Shown piece after piece: positions 10,701 to 20,361 of a DNA stretch of 32,000 nucleotides. Position 1 is the stretch's first letter; the number at the start of each line of letters is the position of its first letter. The notes under the pieces are model-generated. The model did not search any database, had not been told where the DNA came from, and was given only the letters and a program-made list of their open reading frames with translations. The stretch is from the sequence record CAXMZZ020000009.1; one strand, 5' to 3'. The position numbers and the translations under genes were made by a program.

Positions 10701-11596
10701 ACAGATCGACTAGAATTACAAGTAAGAGGTGATCTAACAATAACTTTAGAAAAATTTATTTTATCAATTTGAGATGCTAAATATGGAGTAATTTCTTCAT
10801 TAGAATCTGCAATAAGTTTATTTGTTTGAGGATCGATTAAAGGAAAAGCTAATAAACGCCCAATACTTCGTTCTTCTAAACTAATATTTAGTTCATTTTC
10901 TTCATCAAGAGTTTTTAAATTTATTCCTTGACTTGTTTTACAATCTTGCTCACGAGTAATAATATCTTGCGCAACATCAATTAAACGACGAGTTAAATAA
11001 CCTGAATCTGCAGTTTTTAATGCAGTATCTACTAATCCTTTTCTTGCACCATATGACGAAATAATATAATCAGTTACTGTTAATCCTTCACGAAAATTAG
11101 ATTTAATCGGTAAATCAATAATTTGACCATTGGGATCGGACATTAATCCACGCATGCCAACTAATTGTCGAACTTGAGATAAATTACCTCTTGCTCCTGA
11201 AAATGCCATAATATATACAGAATTTAAAGGATCTGTTTGACTAAAAAAATTAACAACTTCGTCTTTTAAAGATTCACTAGCACTATTCCATGTATTAATA
11301 ACTTTTTGAAATCTTTCAACTTCTGTAATTTCTCCACGGCTAGCTTCAAATTCAGTATTATATACATTTTTTGTTGCTGAACTTATTAAGTTATTTTTAA
11401 TTGAGGGTACTCTTAAATCTTCAATACTGATTGAAATTCCTGCTTGTGTAGCATAATCAAAACCAAGTTGTTTTAAATTATCAGCTAAAAAAGCAGCTTT
11501 AACTACACCAAGATTTTCAAAGGTGGACGACATTATTTTTCTTAATTCTTTTTTGTTTATTACCCCATTCCGAAATAGTATTTTTTTCTCAGTCAT
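7772..11596 (-). CDS. rpoC2: RNA polymerase beta'' subunit (C-terminal half of the split beta')
   Basis: 1274 aa. Conserved blocks include SGARGN, MRTFHTGGVF (aa 337-346) and TGDIVQGLPRVEEILEAR (from aa 979), flanking a large divergent insertion. Confidence 0.95.
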   Translation of the reverse strand: MTEKKILFRNGVINKKELRKIMSSTFENLGVVKAAFLADNLKQLGFDYATQAGISISIEDLRVPSIKNNLISSATKNVYNTEFEASRGEITEVERFQKVINTWNSASESLKDEVVNFFSQTDPLNSVYIMAFSGARGNLSQVRQLVGMRGLMSDPNGQIIDLPIKSNFREGLTVTDYIISSYGARKGLVDTALKTADSGYLTRRLIDVAQDIITREQDCKTSQGINLKTLDEENELNISLEERSIGRLLAFPLIDPQTNKLIADSNEEITPYLASQIDKINFSKVIVRSPLTCNSSRSVCTKCYGWNLAYGNLIDLGEAVGIIAAQSIGEPGTQLTMRTFHTGGVFTTEPSRQVRAKFSGKISFSKFLKYQETRTKYGEKALICLNESTIRLISYKNEILKIVLSPETLILIKDQTYVKKDDILFELPSQTTKTGEEFAFKDVFANFSGEIILENKNKQKYKIDSKNSNIDLEQSNSVLWLLSGDVYNIPPLAKLKVRNFQTLKQNHVLAETKLISIYGGLINLENSSETNSIINITRNIKLFSKGQIYIQKQENKTKKCYLYLDRNYKIKFTLSKSNYILYKQKINFGYLKNLKYQLKTGGLISPGNNQNKGNYFSNIIRNGNTIFYIPEAVYHLKNNKSDLKFKVGDYVKKSNEIVPGKITNIEGFIDINKSLTNNENIEILIKPSVSIQTFENTIIKNYHQKIFFPGEILQEKHIIKRLTFVEVKQTEKGLFFWLRPIVRYEVTEQINELKNIFKKQKLIPEITLKPLNIKIPNNLRLQKNSPSNLVQQNIIFEPKAITKSLIHTIAVETCNKIQIKLITQEQITINNFITDQIKSENLAIPILVKNNQYIEPYSIVAKIQVLVKEAGLIDSIKKQTLGKQVRLFLQNRNNYQSIFFEDKKILNKLNTLVRPGDKIGSNIQIKTAGILKKSIGNSLFINIGQPYLFSAGAIIEKRPGDLVKKQERLGQLVYERARTGDIVQGLPRVEEILEARIPKIEAIITSRPGLITNISNDKIKIWVTPSSRKTSSLDLYNISYSQRLLVGKFDFVKVGQPLNDASINPHTILDAFYYYYQSLQIFTNYESAYRSLRKVQALLVSSVQSVYYSQGVNIADKHIEIIVKQMTGKVEIIKSGVTPLLAGELIDLQQFKYITECVTSADTTLFKPVLLGITKASLKTDSFISAASFQETTRILTEGAIQGKVDWLRGLKENVIVGRLIPTGTGFNSYTDISYITTKIQTGYTNLQSNNLVKKPLSKKYNQLKKQIKFELNS

Positions 11597-11612
11597 ATTT
11601 TTGACATCAATT

Positions 11613-13433
11613 TTATAGTATTGTGTTTAATGCTTGATTAAAAATTATTTTACCTGGTGTTGTTCTTATGTATTTCACTAGAATATTACCAGTTTTTGAT
11701 TCACAAATTTGAATATTGGAATAAATTTTAAGCTTTTTTTCATCATCTAAATAAATAGTTTCTAGTAATGGTGTTTTTTCATAAATTTCTAGATTTTTTT
11801 GAGAACGAACCCAAATTAAACTATGTAAATCGATTAATTTTTCATTATAAGCTAATAAAACATCTTTAAAATCGGCAAAATAATGATCATTATTTCTAGT
11901 TTCTTTTTGATTTTGTGTAGTTAAATAATAACATCCTAGTAACATATCTTGAGTTGGTTGAATAATGGGTTCACCTGTTGCTGGTGATAAAAAATTATTT
12001 GATGCTAACATTAATAAATTTGCTTCAGTTCTAGCTTCTAATGATAATGGTACATGAACAGCCATTTGATCACCGTCAAAATCAGCATTAAAAGCTGAAC
12101 AAACTAGTGGATGTAATTGAATAGCACGACCAGGTACTAATATTGGTTCAAAAGCTTGGATTCCTAATCTATGTAATGTTGGTGCTCGATTTAATAAAAT
12201 TGGATGACCATTAAGGACTTTTTTTAATAAATTCCAAATAAAAGGTTCTTTACTTTGAAGAATTTTTTTAGCCATCTTAATTGTACCAGCAAATCCACCA
12301 TTAATTAAATTATGTACAAGAAAAGGTTGAAATAACTCAATTGCAATTTCATAAGGTAATCCACATTGATTTAATTTTAAACTTGGACCTACAATAATTA
12401 CTGATCGTCCTGAATAATCAACCCGTTTTCCTAAAAGATTTTGTCTAAAACGTCCTTGTTTACCTTCAACAGTATCAGCTAAAGATTTTAATGCACGATT
12501 ATTAATATCAACAGTTTTTGGACCACGTTTTCCATTATCAATTAATGAATCAATTGCTTCTTGTAACATTCTTTTTTCACTTCGAACGACAATTTCTGGT
12601 GCATAAATTGAAAGTAAACGAGATAATCTATTATTTCTTGTAATAACTCTTCGATATAATTCATTTAAATCAGAAGTAGCAAAACGACCTCCTTCTAATT
12701 GAACCATAGGTCTTAAACCTGGCGGAATTACTGGTAAAACTGTTAAAACCATCCATTCTGGTTTAGAATTAGTTCCTAAAAAATTTTCAAAAATTCTAAT
12801 ACGTCTAATTGCTCTTTTAACTTGTAAATCAGATTCAGATAATAAAATAATATCTCTATTTTCTTTAATTCGTTCTCTTATATTAATTGTTTGTAATAAG
12901 TTGAAAATAACTTCTGCCCCAACTTTTTGATTTTCTCTTTCCAGTAAAAATTCTTCATCTGTTTTTATAACATCATTTCGATTAAATAAAGTATCTTCAG
13001 AAGTTTCATTAAAATAAATTATCTGTTCAACTTCACTGACTGATTTATGCAAAATATGTGCTAAATAACTTGGACGACCTTTTAAATACCAAACATGTGT
13101 TACTGGTGTTAATAAATCAATATAACCCATTCTATGGCGTCGAACTCTTGATTCAGTTATTTCGACACCACATTTTTCACAAATTATTCCTCTATGTCTT
13201 ACTTGTTTATATTTCCCACAATGACATTCCCAATTTTTTATTGGGCCAAAGATTTTTTCACAAAATAAACCATCAATTTCAGGTTTAAAAGTACGATAAT
13301 TTATTGTTTCAGGTTTTGTAACTTCACCAATAATTTCACCATTTGAAAGTACACGTTCTCCCCATTGTTTAATCCTTTCTGGAGAAGCAATATTTATTTT
13401 AATATAATCAAAATCTTGATTTATTGTATTCAT
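11613..13433 (-). CDS. rpoC1: RNA polymerase beta' subunit (N-terminal half, gamma-like)
   Basis: 606 aa with a Cys-rich zinc motif (CHCGKY...CEKCGVE) and the catalytic NADFDGDQM motif. Confidence 0.96.
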   Translation of the reverse strand: MNTINQDFDYIKINIASPERIKQWGERVLSNGEIIGEVTKPETINYRTFKPEIDGLFCEKIFGPIKNWECHCGKYKQVRHRGIICEKCGVEITESRVRRHRMGYIDLLTPVTHVWYLKGRPSYLAHILHKSVSEVEQIIYFNETSEDTLFNRNDVIKTDEEFLLERENQKVGAEVIFNLLQTINIRERIKENRDIILLSESDLQVKRAIRRIRIFENFLGTNSKPEWMVLTVLPVIPPGLRPMVQLEGGRFATSDLNELYRRVITRNNRLSRLLSIYAPEIVVRSEKRMLQEAIDSLIDNGKRGPKTVDINNRALKSLADTVEGKQGRFRQNLLGKRVDYSGRSVIIVGPSLKLNQCGLPYEIAIELFQPFLVHNLINGGFAGTIKMAKKILQSKEPFIWNLLKKVLNGHPILLNRAPTLHRLGIQAFEPILVPGRAIQLHPLVCSAFNADFDGDQMAVHVPLSLEARTEANLLMLASNNFLSPATGEPIIQPTQDMLLGCYYLTTQNQKETRNNDHYFADFKDVLLAYNEKLIDLHSLIWVRSQKNLEIYEKTPLLETIYLDDEKKLKIYSNIQICESKTGNILVKYIRTTPGKIIFNQALNTIL

Positions 13434-13499
13434 GAGATAATTTTATTGGAATTATAGACTTAAAAGATTGATTTAGTTTATTAAAAAAGAAGTTATAAA

Positions 13500-16400
13500 T
13501 TAAGTTATAAAAGTAGACATTAAATCAATTTCAACTCCTTTTGTCTGACCTATTAAAGTTTTTTTTATTTTATAAGTTGTAATATCAAGTCCTAATGCTT
13601 GTAATTCACGCATTAATACTTTAAAGGATTCGGGAACACCAGGTTTAGGTATAGGCTGTCCCTTTACTATTGCATTTAAAACTTCATTTCGCCCTTCCAT
13701 ATCATCTGATTTAATAGTTAATAATTCTTGTAAGGTATATGCGCAACCAAAAGCTTCTAAAGCCCAAACTTCCATTTCACCAAACCTTTGACCACCCTGT
13801 TGTGATTTTCCGCCAACAGGTTGTTGAGTTACTAAAGAATAAGGACCTGTAGAACGAGCATGAATTTTATCATCAACTAAATGAATTAATTTTAAAATAT
13901 AAGATTTTCCTACTAAAACTGGATTATCAAATGTTTCACCAGTTCTTGCATCAGTAAGTAAAATTTTTCCCGGAGAATACTTATTAAATAACCAATCTTT
14001 TTGAGTCTTTTCTGCTGCTTCTTTCAATTTTGTATTAATTAAAACTCGTGACGCTTCTGTTCCATACATTTCATCGAATGGTAAAATTTTAAAACGTTTA
14101 TTTAAATTATCTCCTGCCAATCCTAATAAACATTCAAAAATTTGTCCTACATTCATTCTTGAAGGTACACCTAATGGATTTAATATAATATCAACTATTG
14201 TACCATCCGGTAGATATGGCATATCTTGAATTGGTAAAATTTGTGAAATAATTCCTTTATTTCCATGTCTTCCAGCAATTTTATCACCAATTCTAATTTT
14301 TCTAACTTGAGCGATAAAAACTTGAATTAAATTTAATGCACCAGGTGGAACATCATCACCTTTTTGTTTTGAAAACATAATTACATCAATAATTCGTCCG
14401 GAAATACCATTTGGTACTCGTAATGAGGTATCACGAACATCCGGAGTTTTTTCACCAAAAATGGCTTTAAGTAATTTTCCTTCTGGTAATTGATCGGATT
14501 CACCTTTCGGAGTAACTTTACCAACTAATACATCTCCTGGTTCAACTAATGCTCCTTTACATACTAAACCTGTATTTGGATCCAAATGTGTTAGTGAAGA
14601 TTCACTTACATTTGGAATATTAGCAGTCATTTGTTCTGGTCCGGTCTTTGTTTGTCGAATTTCAACTTCATATTTTTCAATATGAATTGAGGTAAATAAT
14701 TCATCATAAACTAAACGTTCACTAACTAAAATAGCATCTTCAAAATTATACCCTTCCCATGGCATATAAGCGACAGTTAAATTCTGACCTAAAGCTAATT
14801 CTCCACATTCTGTACCTGATCCTGTTGTTAAAATTTGTCCAGAATTTACAATTTGGCCTTTCCAAACAATTGGAGTTTGATTGATACAAGTGTCTTGATT
14901 AGAACGTCTATATTTTTCTAATAAATAAATTTTATATTTTTCAGCTCCATCATTATTATTAATCACTATTTTTTTTGAATTAACAAAATCAACAATTCCA
15001 TTATAATAAGTTGTCAAAACCGTTCCTGAATCAGCAACAATTTGTGATTCCAATCCAGTTCCAACAATTGGAGGTTGAGGGTATAAAAGTGGAACAGCTT
15101 GACGTTGCATGTTGGATCCCATTAAAGCGCGGTTTGCATCATCGTGTTCTAAAAAAGGTATTAGGGCAGCAGCAGCAGAAATAATTTGAATAGGAGATAT
15201 TGTTATTAAATCAACTTCAGAGACTTTTGTTAAAGTAAATTCATGATTATAACGAACAGGAACTAATTCACCTTCTATTTGATTATTTTCGTTAATTTTA
15301 ATATCAGCAGGAGCTATTTTATAATTATTTTCTTTATTTGCTGTTAAATATATTGGAGCTTCTTCTTTTAAAATTTTTCCTTTTTTTACACGAAAAAAAG
15401 GTGTTTCAATAAATCCATATTCATCAAGTTTTGCATGACAGGCTAAAGATGAAATTAAACCAGCATTTTGACCTTCAGGAGTTTCAATTGGACATAGTCG
15501 TCCATATTGTGTGGGATGAATATCTCGTGCGGCAAAAGTTACATGTTGAGTACTTAATCCACCAGGTCCAAGTGCACTAATTCTTCTTTTATGGGTTAAT
15601 TCAGATAATGGATTAGTTTCATCCATAAATTGTGAAAGTTGACTAGAGCCAAAAAATTCTTTCATAGCCGCAACTAAAGGTTTTGGATTTACTAATGTAC
15701 TTGCACGCAATGATTGAATATCACAAATTGTTAATTTTTCAGAAATACTACGTTCTAATCGATTAAGGCCAACTCGAACTTGTAATTGAAGTAATTCCCC
15801 AACACACCTTACACGACGATTTTCTAAACTATCAATATCATCAGCTGCACTATCTGAACTACCAAAATCAATTAAATAATCAATTATTTTTAAAATATCT
15901 TGAGCTGTAAGAATTCGAACTGAAAGATCTAAATTTGTACCCAATTTTTCATTAAGTTTAAGTCGACCAACTTTTCCTAAATCATAATATTTAGGATTTA
16001 AAATCCTTGAGCAAATCAATTCCCGAACTTTTAAAATAGCTAATATATCAGAATTTTGTGAGGATAATTTTTTTGAGTTTGAAATTATTTGGGTTTTTGT
16101 TTTATTTTGAGTTTTTTGTTTTTTTAATAATTCAGATTTAATTGATTTAATAATTTTTTTTAATTCTTCAGAATTTTTTAAATCAATATAAATTTCATCA
16201 TTGGTTAAATCTAAAGCAGCTAAAAACCAATTAATTGGAATTTTATATTTTTTATCGATACGGATCCAAATTAACCCATTATTTAATTCAAATGTTAACC
16301 AAGATCCACGAATTGTTATAATTGTTCCTGAATAAACAGTATAAATTTGATTATTTCGCTTTTTCTTAATTTTTTTAAAATAAATTCCTGGACTTCTTAC

Positions 16401-16805
16401 AAGTTGATTAACAATAACTCTTTCACAACCATTTGTAATGAATGTTCCTTTATCTGTCATTAAAGGAATTTCTCCAATAAAAACTTTTTGCTTTGGAAGA
16501 ATCTCAGTATAAGATAAATTAGATGAATTTGTACTATCTTCTAATTTAATAACTTTTATTGGAACATACAATCTTAATGAATATGTAGTATTTCTTTCTT
16601 TTGTTTTTTGAAGTGATAAACTAGGTTTTTTTAAACTATACTCGTGACCATAAACTTTAAGTTCTAAATTACCAGTTAAATCAAAAATTGAAGAAAATTT
16701 TACTAACTCTTCTTCTAATCCATTAGAAATAAACCAATAAAAACTTGCTCTTTGAACTTCTATCAAGTTGGGTAATTTTGTTATGTCTAAATTTTGCTTT
16801 ACCAT
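13500..16805 (-). CDS. rpoB: RNA polymerase beta subunit
   Basis: 1101 aa. Conserved blocks include [26 protein letters not shown] and others. Confidence 0.97.
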   Translation of the reverse strand: MVKQNLDITKLPNLIEVQRASFYWFISNGLEEELVKFSSIFDLTGNLELKVYGHEYSLKKPSLSLQKTKERNTTYSLRLYVPIKVIKLEDSTNSSNLSYTEILPKQKVFIGEIPLMTDKGTFITNGCERVIVNQLVRSPGIYFKKIKKKRNNQIYTVYSGTIITIRGSWLTFELNNGLIWIRIDKKYKIPINWFLAALDLTNDEIYIDLKNSEELKKIIKSIKSELLKKQKTQNKTKTQIISNSKKLSSQNSDILAILKVRELICSRILNPKYYDLGKVGRLKLNEKLGTNLDLSVRILTAQDILKIIDYLIDFGSSDSAADDIDSLENRRVRCVGELLQLQVRVGLNRLERSISEKLTICDIQSLRASTLVNPKPLVAAMKEFFGSSQLSQFMDETNPLSELTHKRRISALGPGGLSTQHVTFAARDIHPTQYGRLCPIETPEGQNAGLISSLACHAKLDEYGFIETPFFRVKKGKILKEEAPIYLTANKENNYKIAPADIKINENNQIEGELVPVRYNHEFTLTKVSEVDLITISPIQIISAAAALIPFLEHDDANRALMGSNMQRQAVPLLYPQPPIVGTGLESQIVADSGTVLTTYYNGIVDFVNSKKIVINNNDGAEKYKIYLLEKYRRSNQDTCINQTPIVWKGQIVNSGQILTTGSGTECGELALGQNLTVAYMPWEGYNFEDAILVSERLVYDELFTSIHIEKYEVEIRQTKTGPEQMTANIPNVSESSLTHLDPNTGLVCKGALVEPGDVLVGKVTPKGESDQLPEGKLLKAIFGEKTPDVRDTSLRVPNGISGRIIDVIMFSKQKGDDVPPGALNLIQVFIAQVRKIRIGDKIAGRHGNKGIISQILPIQDMPYLPDGTIVDIILNPLGVPSRMNVGQIFECLLGLAGDNLNKRFKILPFDEMYGTEASRVLINTKLKEAAEKTQKDWLFNKYSPGKILLTDARTGETFDNPVLVGKSYILKLIHLVDDKIHARSTGPYSLVTQQPVGGKSQQGGQRFGEMEVWALEAFGCAYTLQELLTIKSDDMEGRNEVLNAIVKGQPIPKPGVPESFKVLMRELQALGLDITTYKIKKTLIGQTKGVEIDLMSTFIT

Positions 16806-16923
16806 ATTTTCCTAGTTAACAAAAATTTTTTGATTTATATAGTTCTTTTTTTTATTGGTAAAATTTGTTTTTTATAAAAATAAAAACAATAAAATAACAT
16901 TTATTTATATTAAAAGGTATTAA

Positions 16924-17205
16924 TTAGTTTATCTTTAATGCTTTTGTTAAACGACTTTTTTTTCTTGCAGCATTATTTTTATGTAAAATATTTTTTTTCT
17001 TAGCTTTATCGATTTTACTAAAAGTTAAAGATAATAAATTTTTTACTAAAGTTATATTTTCTTCATTAGGCTCTAATTCATAAGTTTTTAAAGCTTTATA
17101 ATATTTTTTTGTAAAAGTTTTTATTGTCGATTTATATTGAAGATTTTGCAATCGATTACGTTCATTTGTTCGAATACGTTTCATTGCTGATTTATTATTT
17201 GCCAT
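16924..17205 (-). CDS. rps20: 30S ribosomal protein S20
   Basis: MANNKSAMKRIRTNERNRLQN... is the typical S20 N-terminus. The ORF-track start at 17223 is a GTG that overlaps GGAG (17218-17221). The ATG at 17205 lies 12 nt downstream of that SD and gives 93 aa. Confidence 0.85.
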   Translation of the reverse strand: MANNKSAMKRIRTNERNRLQNLQYKSTIKTFTKKYYKALKTYELEPNEENITLVKNLLSLTFSKIDKAKKKNILHKNNAARKKSRLTKALKIN

Positions 17206-17269
17206 TATTTTGTTTTTCTCCACAAAATTTTGAATTAATAAGTTTTCTTGTTTTCAAAGTGATAGAAAG

Positions 17270-17298
17270 ATTTTACCCAATAAAATTATATTTGACAA
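17270..17298 (-). promoter_or_regulatory. Candidate PEP-type promoter for rps20 (-35 TTGTCA at 17293-17298, 17-nt spacer, -10 TAAAAT at 17270-17275)
   Basis: Read on the minus strand about 65 nt upstream of the rps20 ATG. Both hexamers match consensus 5/6 with canonical spacing. Confidence 0.4.
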
Positions 17299-17352
17299 TA
17301 TAGAAATTTTAGATCAGAGAACTAATATTCTTAACTATTACTTTCGTTTCTT

Positions 17353-17414
17353 TATGAATATAAAGTGCTGCATCTACTCCTCGTAAGGAGTAGATGCAGC
17401 ACTTTATATTCATA
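17353..17414. repeat. 62-nt near-perfect palindrome forming a hairpin of up to 29 bp with a 4-nt CGTA loop, in the divergent rps20/dnaK spacer
   Basis: TATGAATATAAAGTGCTGCATCTACTCCT-CGTA-AGGAGTAGATGCAGCACTTTATATTCATA. Every position i pairs with 34767-i (checked base by base). The core is GC-richer than the flanking sequence. It ends 52 nt upstream of the dnaK ATG. Confidence 0.95.
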
Positions 17415-17466
17415 TAGGAAAAGCTTAAAATATTATTTTAAATTAAAATAATATTAAAATAAATAT

Positions 17467-19347
17467 ATGAACAAAGTTGTAGGTATCGATTTAGGTACAA
17501 CAAATTCAGTAATAGCCGTAATGGAAAGTGGTAAACCAATTGTAATACCTAATAATGAAGGATTAAGAACAACACCATCTATAGTAGCTTATTCAAAAAA
17601 AGGTGAATTATTAGTTGGTCAAATAGCGAAACGACAAAATGTTATTAATCCTGAAAATACATTTTATTCAGTAAAAAGATTTATTGGATCAAAATCTGTT
17701 GAAGTTAAAAATGAATTAAAACAAGTTGCTTATAAAGTCGAAGATGATAATAGTGGAAATATAAAACTTTATTGTTCAACCTTAACGAAACAATTTAGTC
17801 CTGAAGAAATTTCAGCACAAGTCTTACGTAAATTAAGTGATGATGCTGGAAAATATTTAGGTCAATCAGTAAAACAAGCTGTTGTAACAGTTCCTGCATA
17901 TTTTAATGATTCTCAACGTCAAGCGACTAAAGATGCAGGAAAAATTGCTGGATTAGATGTTTTAAGAATTATTAATGAACCAACTGCCGCATCATTAGCA
18001 TATGGTTTAGATAAAAAAAATAATGAAACAATTTTAGTATTTGATTTAGGTGGTGGAACGTTTGATGTATCAATCTTAGAAGTTGGAGAAGGTGTTTTTG
18101 AAGTATTAGCTACATCAGGTGATACACATTTAGGAGGTGATGATTTTGATAAAAAATTAGTTGATTATTTATTAAAAGATTTTAAAGAAAAAGAAGGATT
18201 TGATTTAGTTCAAGATGCCCAGGCAATTCAACGTTTAACTGAAGCTGCAGAAAAAGCAAAAATTGAACTTTCAAATGTTTCTGAAACAACTGTAAATTTA
18301 CCATTTATAACGGCAACAGATACAGGTCCTAAACATATTGAAACTAAAATTACACGTGCACAATTTGAAGAATTATGTGAAAATTTAATAACACGTTGTA
18401 GAATTCCTGTTGAAAATGCAATTAAAGACGCTCGAATTCAAAAATCTCAAGTAGATGAAATAGTAATGGTTGGGGGCTCAACTCGTATACCAGCAATTCA
18501 AGAACTTGTAGAAAAATTAACTGGAAAAAAACCAAATCAAACTGTAAATCCAGATGAAGTTGTTGCAATTGGTGCAGCTATTCAAGGTGGTGTATTAGCG
18601 GGTGAAGTAAAAGATATTTTATTATTAGACGTTACACCATTATCATTAGGAGTTGAAACATTAGGTGGTGTTATGACGAAAATTATTCCTCGTAACACAA
18701 CAATTCCAACCAAAAAATCTGAAATATTTTCAACTGCAATGGATAATCAAACAAATGTTGAAATAAATGTCTTACAAGGTGAACGTGAATTTTCACAAGA
18801 TAATAAAAGTTTAGGAACATTTCGTTTAGATGGGATTCCATTAGCACCTAGAAGTGTACCTCAAATTGAAGTAACATTTGATATTGATGTTAATGGTATG
18901 TTATCGGTTAAAGCAAAAGATAAAGGCACAAGTAAAGAACAATCGATAACTATTCAAAATGCTTCAACATTAGATAAAAATGATGTTGAAAGAATGGTTC
19001 AAGAAGCTGAAGCATCATCTAAGGAAGATCAGGAAAAACGTGCAAAAATTGATTTAAAAAATAAAGCAGATTTATTATGTTATCAAAGTGAAAAACAATT
19101 AACAGAACTGGGTGATAAAGTAACTTCAGAACAAAAAAATCAAATTGAAACTTTAATAAAAGAAATTCGTGATGGAATTCAGCAAGAAGATTTTGATAAT
19201 TTAAAACAAAAAACGGAAACGTTAGAAAAACAACTTATGGAATTAGGTCAATCTCTATACAGTCAAACAAATTCTGAACCTCCAGTTGATACAACTGCGA
19301 ATTCTTCAAATGATGACAATGTCATTGATATTGAACCAAACGAATAA
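17467..19347 (+). CDS. dnaK: Hsp70 chaperone DnaK
   Basis: 626 aa. [25 protein letters not shown] and the substrate-binding domain are all conserved. Confidence 0.97.
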   Translation: MNKVVGIDLGTTNSVIAVMESGKPIVIPNNEGLRTTPSIVAYSKKGELLVGQIAKRQNVINPENTFYSVKRFIGSKSVEVKNELKQVAYKVEDDNSGNIKLYCSTLTKQFSPEEISAQVLRKLSDDAGKYLGQSVKQAVVTVPAYFNDSQRQATKDAGKIAGLDVLRIINEPTAASLAYGLDKKNNETILVFDLGGGTFDVSILEVGEGVFEVLATSGDTHLGGDDFDKKLVDYLLKDFKEKEGFDLVQDAQAIQRLTEAAEKAKIELSNVSETTVNLPFITATDTGPKHIETKITRAQFEELCENLITRCRIPVENAIKDARIQKSQVDEIVMVGGSTRIPAIQELVEKLTGKKPNQTVNPDEVVAIGAAIQGGVLAGEVKDILLLDVTPLSLGVETLGGVMTKIIPRNTTIPTKKSEIFSTAMDNQTNVEINVLQGEREFSQDNKSLGTFRLDGIPLAPRSVPQIEVTFDIDVNGMLSVKAKDKGTSKEQSITIQNASTLDKNDVERMVQEAEASSKEDQEKRAKIDLKNKADLLCYQSEKQLTELGDKVTSEQKNQIETLIKEIRDGIQQEDFDNLKQKTETLEKQLMELGQSLYSQTNSEPPVDTTANSSNDDNVIDIEPNE

Positions 19348-19399
19348 AAAAAACTATTTAAACAAAAAAATTACATTTTTTGTTTAAATAGTTTTTTTT
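19346..19399. terminator. Bidirectional stem-loop between convergent dnaK and rps4 (24-bp perfect stem: A8, stem, 6-nt loop, stem, T8)
   Basis: Arms 19346-19369 and 19376-19399 are perfectly complementary, with loop ATTACA. The stem starts inside the dnaK stop codon and ends 10 nt before the rps4 stop codon. Confidence 0.7.
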
Positions 19400-19409
19400 A
19401 TGAATTGTA

Positions 19410-20030
19410 TTAGATAATTCTTGAATAATATTCCACAATTAATAATTCATTTACTTTAAAACTTAAATCATTACGATTAACTAAATCGTTAATTTTTGCT
19501 ACTAAATTTTTTTTATCTAATTCTAAATGCTCTGGTAATGATGAGAAACGTGGTGCAGCCAAACTTTTTTCTGCTAAATTTTTTGATCCTGGTTTATTTA
19601 AAATTGTTATTATATCATTTGGTCGACATTGAAAACTTGGAATATTAACTCGTTTATCATTTACAATAACATGACCATGATTTACAAATTGTCGAGCTGC
19701 TGGGATTGTAGGTGCTAAACCTAAACGAAAAATAATAGTATCAAGACGCATTTCAAGAAGTTGCATTAATAAAAATCCCGTTGAACCCTTTTTTGAACGA
19801 GATTTTTTTACATAATTTAATAACTGTTTTTCAGTTAAACCATAATTATAACGAAGTTTTTGTTTTTCAAATAATCTTACTTTATAATCTGAAAAAGCGC
19901 CCTTTCTTTGCTTTGTATCACCATGTTGACCAGGTGGTTTTTGTCTTGTTGTTACTTTTCTAGTTAAACCTGGTAATTCACAACCGAATCTTCTAATAAT
20001 TCGTAAACGAGGACCACGATATCTAACCAT
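19410..20030 (-). CDS. rps4: 30S ribosomal protein S4
   Basis: 206 aa. MVRYRGPRLRIIRR..., then the S4 RNA-binding domain (RLDTIIFRLGLAPTIPAARQFVNHGHV). Confidence 0.95.
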   Translation of the reverse strand: MVRYRGPRLRIIRRFGCELPGLTRKVTTRQKPPGQHGDTKQRKGAFSDYKVRLFEKQKLRYNYGLTEKQLLNYVKKSRSKKGSTGFLLMQLLEMRLDTIIFRLGLAPTIPAARQFVNHGHVIVNDKRVNIPSFQCRPNDIITILNKPGSKNLAEKSLAAPRFSSLPEHLELDKKNLVAKINDLVNRNDLSFKVNELLIVEYYSRII

Positions 20031-20102
20031 TGTAAATTTTTTATGTAAATTTTTTATTTGTATACAAATAACCTTAAATATAATTAATTTCAGAATTAGG
20101 GA

Positions 20103-20132
20103 TTGTTATATATAGATAAATATTGGTATAAT
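20103..20132 (+). promoter_or_regulatory. Candidate promoter for trnR-trnQ (-35 TTGTTA at 20103-20108, 18-nt spacer, extended -10 TGgTATAAT at 20124-20132)
   Basis: Perfect TATAAT with an upstream TG, 45 nt upstream of trnR. Confidence 0.4.
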
Positions 20133-20176
20133 AATTTGGAAGTTATTACTTTTTTGAGTTATGCAGAAACTTTTGA

Positions 20177-20250
20177 GAGCTTGTAGCTCAGTGGACTAGA
20201 GCACGTGGCTACGAACCACGGTGTCGGGGGTTCGAATCCCTCCTAGCTCA
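20177..20250 (+). tRNA. trnR: tRNA-Arg (anticodon ACG)
   Basis: Cloverleaf by hand. Acceptor GAGCTTG/CTAGCTC (one U-U at 6:67), D arm GCTC...GAGC, anticodon stem CGTGG/CCACG with loop CTACGAA, T loop TTCGAAT. The central part is identical to the plastid trnR-ACG I recall. Confidence 0.92.
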
Positions 20251-20273
20251 AATTTTTTGCTAAAACTATTTAA

Positions 20274-20345
20274 TGGGGTATAGCCAAGCGGTAAGGCAGT
20301 GGACTTTGACTCCGCCATTCGTAGGTTCGAATCCTCCTACCCCAG
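20274..20345 (+). tRNA. trnQ: tRNA-Gln (anticodon UUG)
   Basis: Acceptor TGGGGTA/TACCCCA, D region GCCAAGCGGTAAGGC, anticodon loop CTTTGAC, T loop TTCGAAT (one U-C mismatch in the T stem), discriminator G. Aligns with plastid trnQ-UUG. Confidence 0.9.
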
Positions 20346-20361
20346 TTAATTAAGCAAATTT

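Noticed and set aside
13058-13288. 76-aa plus-strand ORF inside rpoC1
   Set aside because: It is antisense to the most conserved N-terminal part of rpoC1 and is a chance open frame.
17206-17223. GTG-initiated N-terminal extension of rps20 (MEKNKI...)
   Set aside because: The GTG overlaps the GGAG motif. The downstream ATG gives the canonical MANNKSA... S20 start.
17355-17387. 10-codon mini-ORF (MNIKCCIYSS) in the left hairpin arm, with a mirror-image 34-codon ORF on the minus strand
   Set aside because: The two near-identical peptides are an automatic by-product of the palindrome. There is no SD before the first ATG. I kept it only as a remote leader-peptide possibility.
17353-17414. The hairpin as a CIRCE element (HrcA operator) upstream of dnaK
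   Set aside because: CIRCE is TTAGCACTC-N9-GAGTGCTAA. Here the half-sites are in the opposite arrangement (..AGTGCTG...CAGCACT..), the repeat is 29 bp rather than 9 bp, and the spacer is 4 nt. The resemblance is limited to a GTGCT/AGCAC core.
17353-17414. The hairpin as a plastid SRP RNA (ffs) or other structured ncRNA gene
   Set aside because: SRP RNA needs conserved internal loops and a GNRA-type apical tetraloop. This is an uninterrupted perfect duplex with a CGUA loop.
19781-19963. 60-aa plus-strand ORF inside rps4
   Set aside because: It is antisense to rps4 with no recognisable features.
20054-20071. 18-nt perfect AT-rich palindrome TTATTTGTATACAAATAA upstream of rps4
   Set aside because: A palindrome of this length and composition is expected about once by chance in 32 kb of DNA this AT-rich. 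There is no supporting context.
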